A DNA stretch of 63,803 bases, filler included, from Parachlamydiales bacterium (GTDB taxonomy: Bacteria > Chlamydiota > Chlamydiia > Chlamydiales > Parachlamydiaceae): assembly GCA_020051075.1 (NCBI GenBank). It is 3 parts of 3 records of this genome, joined end to end, with 100 filler letters (N's around TTAATTAATTAA, not from the genome) between each part and the next. Parts side by side here need not be neighbours in the genome. Positions count along the whole stretch, not along the records: positions 1 to 22,022 come from JAGVJP010000063.1; 2 more parts are not named here. One strand, 5' to 3'. The stretch's first letter is position 1. Every line of letters starts with the position of its first letter. The notes under the pieces are model-generated. The model ran no database searches. It was not told the origin of the DNA and saw only the letters and a program-made list of their open reading frames with translations. A program made the position numbers and the translations under genes. Positions 1 to 9,447 of this stretch are shown here, piece by piece.

Positions 1-38
1 CGCGAAGCGTTTGGAGTGCGGAAGTCCTCTTCCGCTTT
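1..38 (+). repeat. REP-like palindromic unit, family A (CGCGAAGCGTTTGGAGTGCGGAAGTCCTCTTCCGCTTT)
   Basis: Identical to the left end of the element at 39691 and nearly identical to that at 55679; internal hairpin GCGGAAG-TCCT-CTTCCGC. Confidence 0.9.
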
Positions 39-164
39 TACGATGATCCATTTTGACGGGCATCTGTGAGCATGGATTTGTAAGGCGAGAAGGGACTTAG
101 CCTGATGAAGATGAGAGACCACTCTGGAAGGGTTTTTTCTAACACACAGGTTCGTCATTTTGTG

Positions 165-198
165 TTGTAAATATCTCAGATATTTCATACAATTTACA
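165..198 (+). promoter_or_regulatory. sigma66/70-type promoter TTGTAA-N17-TACAAT overlapped by inverted repeat TGTAAAT/ATTTACA
   Basis: -35 at 165-170, -10 at 188-193; same arrangement upstream of the paralog at 3226-3254. Confidence 0.65.
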
Positions 199-230
199 TT
201 TATTCAAATTGTAAATAGGAATGTATTATT

Positions 231-1751
231 ATGAGTTTAATTAGTAACGCGTCATCCCGAGTGAGTGATAATTATATCGTTAAATCAGCTGGACAATTAT
301 TCAATACACCTACAAAAAAGGTAGCGATCGTGTTCCTTGCAGTCGCTGTGATTGTTGCCTTGGGCGTTTATCTTCTCGGAGCAGGTGACTGCCTCCGCCG
401 CTTCCGAGCCGCCACTCCAACGCCGCCTCCTTCTCCTGATCCAAGTGTATCGACAGCCTCTTTGTCAAGCCCATCGATTGTGACGGCAGCGCCTGATGCT
501 ACGCATCTATTGAACGTTCCTCCTAGGAATGTATTCGAACAGGGGGAGCGTAGGGGTATAACGCATTATAAACGTTCAGACTCTCTTGCGGGGTGGATTT
601 TCATCCGTGCATCTGTAGAAGGAAGCATAGAAGCAAGGATGTTCTTGCCATACGATCCAACGTTTCTTACAAACCAAATCAATGAGGAGGCTCTTAGTAA
701 TGAGGTACCCAACTTGGATGGATGCATTTCAGCTCAAGAGGTCGAAACCTCTTTGGCAGAGCAAGCACGAGTGGAGGAAGCTTCGCCATTTTTGATGCCA
801 GACACTCGTGCTTCTAAAGTGCCAGCAAATGTAGTTCAAGAGGGGGAGCGTTTGGGAGCCACTCATTACTTACACCGAAATGTTAGGAGTTCATTTTTCG
901 ATGATGCTAATGAGCCCATCTGTTCTGGTTGGATCATCATCAACGATCGGCTTCTGACGAGCTGCTTCATTCCAAGCGGAGAGGATGAAATAGCAAATGT
1001 TTGTCCTTATCCGACCGACACGACTGGATCGATTACCGCGGAAGAAGTCAGAGCCTGTAGACCTACAGGCAGTTTCATGGATCCTGATAATCAGACAAAT
1101 TTTCCTCCAGAGTTCGTTTTGGTGTTTGGGGAAGAGCGTGGGGCAACAGGTTATACGTATCAACCGCCGTTTAACTGTTGGGAAGTTTTTTGCGGAAAAA
1201 AAACTTATAGCTTTAAACGTGATGGTTGGTTTGTTGCATTCCCAGGCCGTGAGAATCCTCCTCAAGCAACCGATTGGGACAGATGGGATCAGCCCTATTT
1301 CTTTACTCCAGAACAAGTCAGAGCACACTATGAGCAGCATCGGCCAAGACAGCCGGAAAATCGCTCATCGATCGCATCCAGTGCGTCTAACGGATCAAGT
1401 GGAATGTTGATCTCATCGACGGGTAGAGATGTTCCCGAGATTATAGCAGAATTTGGCGAACGCTGTGGTGCAACTCATTATGAATGGACTTCAGAAGATG
1501 AGTGGGTGATTTATTTTGGGGAATCTCAAAGTTATGTTTACGCACAAGATACATTTACTCTACGCCCTGGCCTTAGTCAAGAGGTTCTTAATGAGAAGTT
1601 GGAGAATGATTTCACACGAGTCTTCAATCCAGAACAGGTAAAAAATGATTCGAGTCATGTACGGAGTCTTCGACTTCAAGAGGAGCAGATTATAGCTGAG
1701 CGAGATCGAGATAGTCGGGAAAGGTTTTCAAATCTGTTCACTAGATCATGA
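231..1751 (+). CDS. Membrane-anchored hypothetical protein with four GxxxGATHY repeat units (paralog of 3290-4705)
   Basis: 506-aa ORF; one hydrophobic helix near aa 31-50, P/S/T linker, repeats GERRGITHY, GERLGATHY, GEERGATGY, GERCGATHY. Confidence 0.85.
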   Translation: MSLISNASSRVSDNYIVKSAGQLFNTPTKKVAIVFLAVAVIVALGVYLLGAGDCLRRFRAATPTPPPSPDPSVSTASLSSPSIVTAAPDATHLLNVPPRNVFEQGERRGITHYKRSDSLAGWIFIRASVEGSIEARMFLPYDPTFLTNQINEEALSNEVPNLDGCISAQEVETSLAEQARVEEASPFLMPDTRASKVPANVVQEGERLGATHYLHRNVRSSFFDDANEPICSGWIIINDRLLTSCFIPSGEDEIANVCPYPTDTTGSITAEEVRACRPTGSFMDPDNQTNFPPEFVLVFGEERGATGYTYQPPFNCWEVFCGKKTYSFKRDGWFVAFPGRENPPQATDWDRWDQPYFFTPEQVRAHYEQHRPRQPENRSSIASSASNGSSGMLISSTGRDVPEIIAEFGERCGATHYEWTSEDEWVIYFGESQSYVYAQDTFTLRPGLSQEVLNEKLENDFTRVFNPEQVKNDSSHVRSLRLQEEQIIAERDRDSRERFSNLFTRS

Positions 1752-1754
1752 TTG

Positions 1755-1801
1755 AAAAAAAAACCCGAAGTTAGCCTCTAAGGCTAACTTCGGGTTTTTT
1801 T
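1755..1801. terminator. Bidirectional intrinsic terminator
   Basis: A-run, ACCCGAAGTTAGCCT-CTA-AGGCTAACTTCGGGT hairpin, T-run, between convergent ORFs. Confidence 0.9.
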
Positions 1802-1827
1802 ATTCAGGAAATCTGTTGAAAATCAGA

Positions 1828-1968
1828 TTAACAAGGTTTCCCATGGGAGTGTTTTGCATCTGCACTCCAATCTGTTTTACAAGAAGGATCTTTTGCTACA
1901 CCAGGTGCAGCTTGATGTTTTTCAGTTTGAGCTGGTTTCTTTAATTTTGATTTTTCTCTTTTAGACAT
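1828..1968 (-). CDS. 46-aa small basic protein MSKREKSKLKKPAQTEKHQAAPGVAKDPSCKTDWSADAKHSHGKPC (not in the ORF track)
   Basis: Hand-translated; AAGGAG Shine-Dalgarno 6 nt before ATG; ends just before the bidirectional terminator. Confidence 0.7.
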   Translation of the reverse strand: MSKREKSKLKKPAQTEKHQAAPGVAKDPSCKTDWSADAKHSHGKPC

Positions 1969-2281
1969 AACAAACTCCTTTTTTAAGTAATAAGTCTTCA
2001 TGGAGATAGATCAGAAAATTGTAGTGATATCATCAACTATATTATTCTGAGGAACCACCATTTTATGAAGACCCTTTCTAAATGTGATCTTATCTTATTT
2101 GGAATTTAATCAAAATAAAATTTTAAGTCGTTTGATTTGCCCTTGAGAGATGGCGCCCTAGGGGGAACTTTTCCCATCCCTTGAGTCCTGTAGGGGTGGC
2201 ATTTTAAAGGTTTGCAACTATACTGGCGTCACTGTATATACCGATAATGAGGCAACAATCTATGTAATGAGGGAGATGACG

Positions 2282-2965
2282 ATGAAGCGATGGGTGGTCG
2301 TAGCAGCAATAGGAGTGATGACATCACTGTATGGAAGTCAGCAAAATGGTGGTGTTGAACAGCGCAAAAATGACGGAAAAAATTCTGCGTCTCAGGAGCC
2401 GAGGCCTGAAGTGAAGAACCGCTATCATAAGCGAGGAGATGAGCTACTGGCTGAAATAGAGTCGAATATGAGCGCAGCAAGGCAGTATTCAGCTCCGAAA
2501 GATGAGCAGCTGGCGGAATCGATACGGACTAAAGTGTTGGATAGTTCATCCGACAAATATGACAGAATCGGAGTGATCGTTAACCGAGGCCATGTTTCCC
2601 TCTGGGGAGAAGTTCCCACGCAGCAAGATAAGGAGTTTATTGAGGGTAAAGTGCGCCAGATGGGTGGAGTGCTCAGTTTCAATAATCAGCTCACTGTGGC
2701 TGGACATTCTGGCGAAGGCGATAAAATTGAGTTTAAGGATCGTTATAATTCGCGCGGGGACGAGGAGATCATCAAGAGGATTCGGGATAAGCTTAGCGGC
2801 GAGCCGTTATGGAATCAGCATCTGAATCTCGAACTCGACGTCTATGATGGCATTGTAACGGTAAAGGGGAATGTGAAAGGAGTTGAACTTCAACGCCAGG
2901 TGGTAGACCTGATTAATCAGGTGCAGGGTGTTCGAGGGGTTAACAACCATCTCGAAGACAGATAG
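2282..2965 (+). CDS. Exported BON-domain protein (two BON domains, OsmY-like)
   Basis: Signal-like N-terminus MKRWVVVAAIG; two copies of D..I...IR..L / GxVxLxGxV / GVxxVxNxL. Confidence 0.85.
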   Translation: MKRWVVVAAIGVMTSLYGSQQNGGVEQRKNDGKNSASQEPRPEVKNRYHKRGDELLAEIESNMSAARQYSAPKDEQLAESIRTKVLDSSSDKYDRIGVIVNRGHVSLWGEVPTQQDKEFIEGKVRQMGGVLSFNNQLTVAGHSGEGDKIEFKDRYNSRGDEEIIKRIRDKLSGEPLWNQHLNLELDVYDGIVTVKGNVKGVELQRQVVDLINQVQGVRGVNNHLEDR

Positions 2966-3225
2966 CGTTCTAAATCCTTCTCGAAGCGGCATTTATATTT
3001 CTAACTCACCTTACGCGCCTGGAGCCACCAAGCGAAGTCGACCCTTATATCAAGAAGAAACACTGCCCAGAGCTTCCCTACCATCTTTCTTTCTCCTTAT
3101 TCTGATTTTATAGGATGTGGAGAATAGGAAAGGTGGTAGGAAGTTGCTGATACTTAAACTCATAATCAGGGGATTGATTATGGTTGGGCCGTTTCTTTTT
3201 AAAACACAGGTTAGTCATTTGGTGC

Positions 3226-3259
3226 TTGTAAATATATGAGATAATCTATATAATTTACC
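3226..3259 (+). promoter_or_regulatory. sigma66/70-type promoter TTGTAA-N17-TATAAT with TGTAAAT/ATTTAC inverted repeat
   Basis: -35 at 3226-3231, -10 at 3249-3254; flanking block ACACAGGTT.GTCATTT shared with 144-160. Confidence 0.7.
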
Positions 3260-3289
3260 CTTATTAAGCATTTTAATAGAGGTTTTTTT

Positions 3290-4705
3290 ATGAATATAAG
3301 TAGTAATGCGTCATTCCGATTGGGTGATGCCGTTCTTGGAGCAAAGCAATTCTTTAACACTTCTCCGAAAAAGGGAGTGATCGTGCTTGTTGCTGTTGCT
3401 GTGATTATAGCCTTGGGTCTTTATCTTTTCAGGGCTGGTGATTGTCTGCGTCGCTTCCGAGCGATGACTCCAAGGGTGCCACCTTTTCTTACTCCCTCAC
3501 TAACACCCGCATCAACCTCAACCTCAACCCCAACTTCAGCGCCAGCACGTATGCCGGAAGTTCCTCTGAGTGTTTTAGATGTGGGATATGATTGGGGTGC
3601 GACGCATTACAAACGTTCGGAATCTCGTCAAGGGTGGCTTTTGATTCAAGCAAACGAACAAGGACCGACTAAAGTAGGATTCATGCCTTATGATTCGAGG
3701 TTAGAGATTCAAGAACAGGTTGGTCTCGCTGCTGATGAGATTATCGATCTCAGTGAATGTATTCAGCCAGAAGATGCGGATTATTATGCAGAACAATTGC
3801 AAGACCGCCAATTTCTCATGCCAGATAATCGTGCGTCTAAGGTTCCAGAAGGGGTCTATCAAGAAGGATTGCGTTTGGGGGCAACTCATTATTTACAACT
3901 GAACGTTCGAGAAACAATTACCGATGAAAACGGGAACACCTTTCGCAGAGGTTGGTTTCTTATTAACGATCAGAGTCAGACGACCTTTTTCATTTCAGAC
4001 GGAGAGGATAATGCAGAGCCTTGTCATTATCCCTTCGATACAACTGGATCGCTCATTGCGGCAGAAGTGACAGCGTGTAGGCCGGCAGGTTTACTGACTG
4101 ATCCTTATAATCAGACGAATATTCCACCAGAATTTGCTTTGGTATTTGGGGAAGAGCATGGGGCGACGAGTTATATGCATCAGGTGTCGTTTGACTGCTG
4201 GTATATTTTTTGTGGAGAGAAAACTTACAGTTTTAAACGCAATGGTGTTTATGCTTTGATACCAAACCTACAGATCGTCCCTGAAGTAGCCTATGCGTCG
4301 TATCCGAATAGGTTCTTTACTTCAGAGCAAGTTAGAACATACTACGATGAGCGTCGGCCAAAGCAGCCGCAAAATCTCTCATTGATGCCAACAAAACTGT
4401 CGAACAGAGGAAGTGGGATGTTAACCCCTGTTCCGACTGTAGAAGTTCCTGAGGTTGTAGCACTATTTGGCGAACGTTGTGGTGCAACTCACTATGAATA
4501 TTCCGAGCAAGATCGAAATTGGGTGATTTATTTTGGAGAATCTCAAAGTTATCTTTACGCACAAGGAACATTTAGGCTACAGCCTGGTCTGAGTCAAGAG
4601 GTTTTGCATGAGAGGATTGAAAATCATCCCTTGACCGTCTACACTGCAGAACAAGTCAAGAATAGCCTAAGAGTGATGAACGGAATCGTTCCTGACTATC
4701 AATGA
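3290..4705 (+). CDS. Membrane-anchored hypothetical protein with four GxxxGATHY repeat units (paralog of 231-1751)
   Basis: 471-aa ORF colinear with 231-1751 (shared GDCLRRFRA, RASKVP, FGERCGATHYE, WVIYFGESQSY); GAGG RBS. Confidence 0.85.
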   Translation: MNISSNASFRLGDAVLGAKQFFNTSPKKGVIVLVAVAVIIALGLYLFRAGDCLRRFRAMTPRVPPFLTPSLTPASTSTSTPTSAPARMPEVPLSVLDVGYDWGATHYKRSESRQGWLLIQANEQGPTKVGFMPYDSRLEIQEQVGLAADEIIDLSECIQPEDADYYAEQLQDRQFLMPDNRASKVPEGVYQEGLRLGATHYLQLNVRETITDENGNTFRRGWFLINDQSQTTFFISDGEDNAEPCHYPFDTTGSLIAAEVTACRPAGLLTDPYNQTNIPPEFALVFGEEHGATSYMHQVSFDCWYIFCGEKTYSFKRNGVYALIPNLQIVPEVAYASYPNRFFTSEQVRTYYDERRPKQPQNLSLMPTKLSNRGSGMLTPVPTVEVPEVVALFGERCGATHYEYSEQDRNWVIYFGESQSYLYAQGTFRLQPGLSQEVLHERIENHPLTVYTAEQVKNSLRVMNGIVPDYQ

Positions 4706-4791
4706 TGAATCATCATCCGCTGAAGGTGAAAAATCCCGAAGTTTCTCCTCGACCTTTTGCTTGAAAAATTCTGGGCAATGGTAGCGACTCA

Positions 4792-4852
4792 CCCAGACCT
4801 TCGTCAGGCCTGGGAATAGTTCCTTCTCTATTGCCGCTGAAAGGGCGACATC
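4792..4852 (-). repeat. Palindromic repeat family D (CCCAGGCCTGACG / CGCCCTTTCAG)
   Basis: 4802-4818 is the exact reverse complement of 21773-21789, and 4837-4847 of 21741-21751. Confidence 0.7.
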
Positions 4853-4870
4853 TTGATGTGTGGGGGGTTA

Positions 4871-5437
4871 TTAGGAGCGGTTGGTTGTGAGCAATGCTCC
4901 TTCAGCCATTTTGGTGAATCTTTTGTCGGTCGCAGATTTTTCGTCTAATGTTTCGTTGAGGAGATTGGCGATTTCGCCGAGTTCGAGGCATTTAGCGTGA
5001 AGTTTGGCTGTTCCATAAGCTGCGATTTCATAGTGTTCGACTTTCTGCGTTGCTGCGATGATGGCGACATCTTTAGCTGTCGTTTGCGGACGTGTCAACA
5101 CTTCTTGCCCTTCTTTGAATATGCCGGTTAATCCGATGCATGACCGTTCTTTTTCTTTGACACCCAAGATGAAGAAAATCTGTTCCAGTCGTTCGACTTG
5201 ATCTTGTGTTTTTTTATAGTGTTGATTGAGAGCGTCTTTAAGTTCGTCAGATGCTGCGGCTCGCATCATTTTTGGGAGTTCTTGGAGGACTTGATTTTCG
5301 GCGCTATAGAGATCTTGGATTTCTTCGACGAAGAAACCGAGGAAGTTATTGTTTTTTTTCGGTTCTTCTTTATTTTGTACTCTCGGCTGTCGTCCAGCAG
5401 TAGAAATTTTATCAGTTTTTTTATTGATTTGCGGCAT
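4871..5437 (-). CDS. Ferritin-like DUF892 (YciE/YciF family) protein
   Basis: DLYSAENQ, LEQIF, QKVEHYEIAAYGT motifs. Confidence 0.9.
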   Translation of the reverse strand: MPQINKKTDKISTAGRQPRVQNKEEPKKNNNFLGFFVEEIQDLYSAENQVLQELPKMMRAAASDELKDALNQHYKKTQDQVERLEQIFFILGVKEKERSCIGLTGIFKEGQEVLTRPQTTAKDVAIIAATQKVEHYEIAAYGTAKLHAKCLELGEIANLLNETLDEKSATDKRFTKMAEGALLTTNRS

Positions 5438-5727
5438 ACAATTCCTCCAGAGAATTAGGTTTCATAACAATTTGAAGCGATTCAAAAAACCCAGTGTAGA
5501 GAGTTTGCAACTTATTGATTTCAAGATGTTTGCGATATGGAATAGTGGGTTCGTTAAACTAGAACATAGGCAAGAAATCCGATCTTGTAAACAGATTTTT
5601 TTAAAAAAAATGAGGTTCACTCGGGAACTTTTTTCGTCCTCCGAGTGAGGAGTTTTTCAGGAATTTTGGTGATTTTTGAGTATTTCCCCCTTTTTTTTAA
5701 TGCAAAGGAAGCGGTCCATAGTTTTTA

Positions 5728-6513
5728 TTAAGCAGGAAAACGGAAGAGGTCTTCAAGGGCTTGTTTAGTGACGGCGCGACCCACTTCGGCGATGGAGTCG
5801 GCTAGGGGGATCTCTTTTGGACAGACCTGCACGCAGTTTTGGCTGTTGCCGCAGTCGCTGATTCCTCCTTCTTCCATGAGGGGGCGGAGGCGTGCCGCTT
5901 TTTGGGTTTCTCCAATGGGATTGGCATCGAACAGACGGACCTGTGAGATGGCGGCAGGGCCGATGAATTTCGACCGGTCATTCACTTGCGGACACGCTTC
6001 TAAGCAGCAGCCGCAGGTCATGCAGGTCGAGAGCGAGTACATGATTTTCTGTTTTTCGGGGCTGATGCGCGGAGCAGGCTCCTGGTTGTAGGTACTGTCG
6101 ATGTCAATCCAAGCGTGGACTCGCTTCAGATCTTCAAACATCCGTGTGCGATCGACGATGAGGTCTCGGATGAGCGGAAATTTGGAGAATGGGGCCAGGC
6201 GGATGGTGCGGCTGCCAGATTCTTGGATGATATTCTCAATCAAGGCGGTGCATGCTTGCCTTGGGCGGCCGTTGATCAACATGGAGCAGGAGCCGCATAC
6301 TTCTTCTAAGCAGCCAGACTCCCAGACCACTGGCTTCACTTTTTCTCCTTTTCGGTTGACAGGGGTTCGCTGGATTTCCATTAAAGCTGAGATGATATTG
6401 GCTGAAGGGATCCATTTGAGGTCAAATTCTTCCCAGTATTGCCGGCCAGGTTCACCGCGATAGATTTTCAAGGTGTAGATGTCGTCGGTGCTACTCATAA
6501 CATGTTTTCTCAC
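5728..6513 (-). CDS. sdhB: Succinate dehydrogenase iron-sulfur subunit
   Basis: CLEEVCGSC, CMTCGCCLEACP, CGNSQNCVQVCP Fe-S motifs; downstream of sdhA. Confidence 0.97.
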   Translation of the reverse strand: MRKHVMSSTDDIYTLKIYRGEPGRQYWEEFDLKWIPSANIISALMEIQRTPVNRKGEKVKPVVWESGCLEEVCGSCSMLINGRPRQACTALIENIIQESGSRTIRLAPFSKFPLIRDLIVDRTRMFEDLKRVHAWIDIDSTYNQEPAPRISPEKQKIMYSLSTCMTCGCCLEACPQVNDRSKFIGPAAISQVRLFDANPIGETQKAARLRPLMEEGGISDCGNSQNCVQVCPKEIPLADSIAEVGRAVTKQALEDLFRFPA

Positions 6514-8399
6514 AGAGGCAATTTGATCGTTGACGGAACATTTTCTAGCTTTGGCTCCACTTTCTTCGCATGGGTATAATCCCGATGGATCGGCTGCAGA
6601 TGGCGCATGTCGATGGCTTCGTAGGTGATGACAGGTTCATCCTCATTTTGATTATAGGAAGCGAGCGTTGTTTTCAACCAATTTTCATCATCTCTTTGAG
6701 GAAATTCTGGTTTAAAATGGGCTCCACGAAATTCGTCTCTCAGCAGGGCGCCTTTGGTAATCACCATCGCCACCTCTAGCATCGGTCCGAATTGGTTGGC
6801 GAAGGCGTAGGTTTGGTTGGCAAATTGTCCTTTGTCGTCGAGAGAAATTCGTTGGTAACGCTCTCTCAGCTCTTTCAACTTGTCTAAGGTTTTTCTTAAG
6901 TCGCTGTTGTCCCGCTTGACCGTGACATAGCGAATCATCCAATCGGATAATTCGTCATGGAGATGGTGGATGTTTTCAGGTCCTTGCCGATTGAGCAGGT
7001 CGGTCTTGAGTTGCTCTTCAAGGCGGAGGGCGTTCTCATAGACCGTCGAAGGGGTGTCGTTAGCTGATGAAGCGAGGTTATCAATGTAGCGGGGGACTTC
7101 ATCGCCGACGACGAGTCCACTGAAAATGCAGGCGAGGAGGGCATTGGCTCCGAGGCGGTTGGCTCCATGGTATTGGTAGTCGGCTTCGCCGACGCTGAAG
7201 CAGCCTGGCAAGTTTGTCATCTGGCGATAGCGGTCGAACCTGTCAGCGTCGTCGGCAGCAGGCCAGTCGACCCAGGCGCCCCCCATCGTGTAGTGCATGG
7301 CAGGGAAGATCTTCATTGGGACTTTTTTTGGATCTTCTCCGGTGAATTTAACGTAGATATCTAAAATGGCTTTCAGTTTATCTTTTTTCTCTTGGGAGAG
7401 GTGTGACACATCCAGGTAGACCTGCATCTCTCCGTCGATGCCAAGCCCCATCTCGCAGATGCGGAGGATCTCTCTGGAGCCGATATCTCTTGGAACGAGG
7501 TTGCCAAAGGCAGGGTAGAGCTCCTCAAGGAAATACCAGGGCTCACCGGTCTTGCCGCAGGGGATTTCCCGTCCATCGGGGATTGCAATCCTCTTCGTTT
7601 CGTCGCCCCACACCCAGATGCGCCCACCCTCTCCTCGTGCTGACTCAGACATCAGCCTTTGCTTATCGATGCCTGGAATCGTTGTCGGGTGCACTTGGAT
7701 GAACTCTCCATTTGCATAGAACATCCCCTGTTTGAAGAGCCGGCCATTGGCTGCTCCGGTGCAGAAGGTTGAGTTGGTCGATTTTTTGAAGATGACGCCG
7801 ATGCCTCCTGTTGCGACGACGACGGCATCGGCTTTGAGGACAAATAACTTCATGTTGAAGAGGTCCATCAAGATGACGCCACGGGCGATGCCTTGGCTGT
7901 CTAGAACCAGCCGCATGAATTCGTGCGATTCATATTTGTCAATCCGACCTAGTGACTCATGTTTTCTGACTTGTTCGTCTAGAGCATAGAGGAGCTGCTG
8001 GCCTGTTGAAGCTCCGCAGAAAGCTGTGCGGTTGTAGAGCGTTCCTCCGAAGCGGCGGAAGTCCAATGTGCCTTCTGGTGTGCGGTTAAAAGGGCATCCT
8101 AGCCGGTCCATCATCTGGATGATGAGTGGGGCTGCAAGGCACATCTCCAAAACGGGAGGTTGGTTAGCTAAGAAATCTCCTCCTTTGATGGTGTCATAGG
8201 CATGGATGAGCGGAGAATCTCCTTCTCCCTTGGAGTTGATGGCGGCGTTGATGCCCCCTTGGGCACAAACGGAATGGGATCTTTTCACTTTAGTGACAGA
8301 GACGATTTTGACATGGCAGCCATTTTCAGCCAGGCGCATGGCTGCAGATAAACCTGAGAGGCCGCCTCCGACGACGATTACATCTTTATGTTTTGCCAT
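6510..8399 (-). CDS. sdhA: Succinate dehydrogenase flavoprotein subunit
   Basis: GGGLSG FAD motif, RSHSVCAQGG, QVHPT, HGANRLGAN. Confidence 0.97.
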   Translation of the reverse strand: MAKHKDVIVVGGGLSGLSAAMRLAENGCHVKIVSVTKVKRSHSVCAQGGINAAINSKGEGDSPLIHAYDTIKGGDFLANQPPVLEMCLAAPLIIQMMDRLGCPFNRTPEGTLDFRRFGGTLYNRTAFCGASTGQQLLYALDEQVRKHESLGRIDKYESHEFMRLVLDSQGIARGVILMDLFNMKLFVLKADAVVVATGGIGVIFKKSTNSTFCTGAANGRLFKQGMFYANGEFIQVHPTTIPGIDKQRLMSESARGEGGRIWVWGDETKRIAIPDGREIPCGKTGEPWYFLEELYPAFGNLVPRDIGSREILRICEMGLGIDGEMQVYLDVSHLSQEKKDKLKAILDIYVKFTGEDPKKVPMKIFPAMHYTMGGAWVDWPAADDADRFDRYRQMTNLPGCFSVGEADYQYHGANRLGANALLACIFSGLVVGDEVPRYIDNLASSANDTPSTVYENALRLEEQLKTDLLNRQGPENIHHLHDELSDWMIRYVTVKRDNSDLRKTLDKLKELRERYQRISLDDKGQFANQTYAFANQFGPMLEVAMVITKGALLRDEFRGAHFKPEFPQRDDENWLKTTLASYNQNEDEPVITYEAIDMRHLQPIHRDYTHAKKVEPKLENVPSTIKLPL

Positions 8400-8412
8400 A
8401 GTATGCTCCCTT

Positions 8413-9228
8413 TCACGATTTTAGATTGATCCAATAGGTGGCCCAGATGGCAGCTAATCCGAGGAAGGAGATGAGCACCATTAAAACGACGGCACACTTG
8501 CGCATCAGCCGCTGTGAAGCTGTTGTTAGGGTGATGCCCCAGGTGATCATAAAAGTCCACAGTCCATTGAAAGCATGGAAGGTGGCTGCTAAGACGAAGA
8601 CTGTGTAGAGGAAGATCATCAGAGGGCTTTTGAATGTCTCTCTGACCATGAGCAGGACCGCCGTGCCGAAGTTGGGAGAGAGGGCGGTCACCTGGTTCTG
8701 ATCGGCCGTCAGTTTAACATCCAGCCGTTCTGCGAGGGAAGATAAACCAGCGTCTTGGGTTAAGCTGACAGTGTAATAATGGTGGTTGTCGACCTGGATG
8801 GGAGTGGGGTATTCGACGAAGCGCATCTGGACGACATGGGCGATGATGCCGACGAGGAGAATCCAGGAGGTGATCCGCTGCCAGGTGTAGGCGCGGTTGC
8901 GGGGGTATTCGGGTAGGGAAGGGGTGGTGCCGTCAGAGGAGAAAGAATTGTATTTAGCGGTGTGGAGGTATTTGATGCCCCACCAGCCATGGATGACGAG
9001 GGGGATGCCGATGAGGGTAACTTCGATGGCTTGAAGGTAGGGGAGGTCTTTGAGGAAGTTGACGGCTCTGATGAAGCCGCTGCCATCGTCGCCGATGTAT
9101 AGAGCAGCTTGTGAATTTGTCAGGAGGTGCTCAATGAGGAAGAGGACGAGCCACAGTCCTGTGAGGGAATGGAAGCGCCGCCAGATAAAAGCTTTTGGGA
9201 TAGGTGGTGCATTATAGTAGTAGGGCAT
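8413..9228 (-). CDS. sdhC: Succinate dehydrogenase cytochrome b558 subunit
   Basis: RRFHSLTG, QRITSW, FHAFNGLWTF; multiple TM helices; upstream of sdhA. Confidence 0.93.
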   Translation of the reverse strand: MPYYYNAPPIPKAFIWRRFHSLTGLWLVLFLIEHLLTNSQAALYIGDDGSGFIRAVNFLKDLPYLQAIEVTLIGIPLVIHGWWGIKYLHTAKYNSFSSDGTTPSLPEYPRNRAYTWQRITSWILLVGIIAHVVQMRFVEYPTPIQVDNHHYYTVSLTQDAGLSSLAERLDVKLTADQNQVTALSPNFGTAVLLMVRETFKSPLMIFLYTVFVLAATFHAFNGLWTFMITWGITLTTASQRLMRKCAVVLMVLISFLGLAAIWATYWINLKS

Positions 9229-9306
9229 AAGCTTTCAAATAAAAATTAGTAGATCAATCTTGTAACATTCTTGGCAATATCATTCAAGGATCGTGAATCA
9301 CAGATC

Positions 9307-9447
9307 AACAGGATAAGCAAAAGGACAGAACAAGATAAGCAAAAAGGACAGGACAAGATAAGCAAAAAGGACAATCTGGCACGGGCACGAAAAGCGAGTT
9401 AGCCTGCGATCCTGCCTATCCTGTTTGTCCCTTTTGCTTATCTTGTT
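9307..9447. repeat. Family B CAGGATA/CAAGATA inverted-repeat element (degenerate)
   Basis: Three tandem ACA(G/A)GATAAGCAAAA units followed by the inverse GCGATCCTGCCTATCCTG...GCTTATCTTGT; overlaps the tatD stop. Confidence 0.75.

Noticed and set aside
3073..3145. Imperfect purine/pyrimidine hairpin after the BON gene
   Set aside because: Too degenerate to call as terminator or family B copy
5603..5650. CACTCGG/CCGAGTG hairpin downstream of sdhB
   Set aside because: Long loop and T-run offset from the stem; possible terminator but unsupported
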